Below the pieces are notes generated by a model, which worked only from the letters and a program-made list of their open reading frames with translations, was not told the DNA's origin and did not search any database. Both the position numbers and the translations under genes were made by a program. A stretch of 64,000 nt of DNA from a virus, in the IMG/VR virus record IMGVR_UViG_3300036766_001793, positions 32,001 to 96,000 of that record, one strand, 5' to 3'. The stretch's first letter is position 1. Every line of letters begins with the position of its first letter. Shown in pieces: positions 63,924-64,000 of this stretch.

Positions 63924-63999
63924 TGGAGCGCCAGGCGGGTCTCGAACCCGCGACCTCCTGCTTGGGAAGCAGGCACACTGCCAACTGTGCTACTGGCGC
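63924..63999 (-). tRNA. tRNA-Gly(CCC)
   Basis: GCGCCAG/CTGGCGC-T-CCA; CCTGC-TTCCCAA-GCAGG. Confidence 0.92.
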
Positions 64000-64000
64000 G

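Noticed and set aside
1-64000. Full stop-codon reassignment of the genome
   Set aside because: Genes are intact under code 11 and many TGA stops are used in translational coupling; at most partial suppression is plausible.

Overview
A 64-kb stretch of a large, GC-rich (about 70% by eye) tailed dsDNA phage with siphovirus-type tail genes. Essentially all genes are on the minus strand. Transcription order, from high to low coordinates: four tRNAs and a PC4-like gene; a 1620-aa prohead protease (two inteins, plus fused Nudix, DUF5661-like and 2H-phosphoesterase domains); a ~25-kb block of fibre, adhesin and repeat-protein genes with homing endonucleases; scaffold; HK97-type major capsid protein; accessory genes (HNH, Fic, an atypical tRNA with an 8-nt UCA-containing anticodon loop); amidase and holin; a SLOG/PRTase/DUF4326 cluster; decoration and connector genes; tail tube, frameshifted chaperone, short tape measure, Dit and hub; small Cys-rich genes; RNA ligase; and a giant transglycosylase/M23 virion hydrolase. 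Terminase and portal are not in the window. Peptidoglycan hydrolases imply a bacterial host, although the head proteins look like those of halovirus/magrovirus-type viruses (recognised by eye, not searched). The most notable signals are the protease polyprotein carrying nucleotide-degrading cargo, the Gly-identity UCA tRNA alongside TAG-dominated stops, a possible templated head-filament system, and a window-wide leaderless TANNNT-N6-start promoter architecture. All family calls come from motif recognition; no database searches were run.
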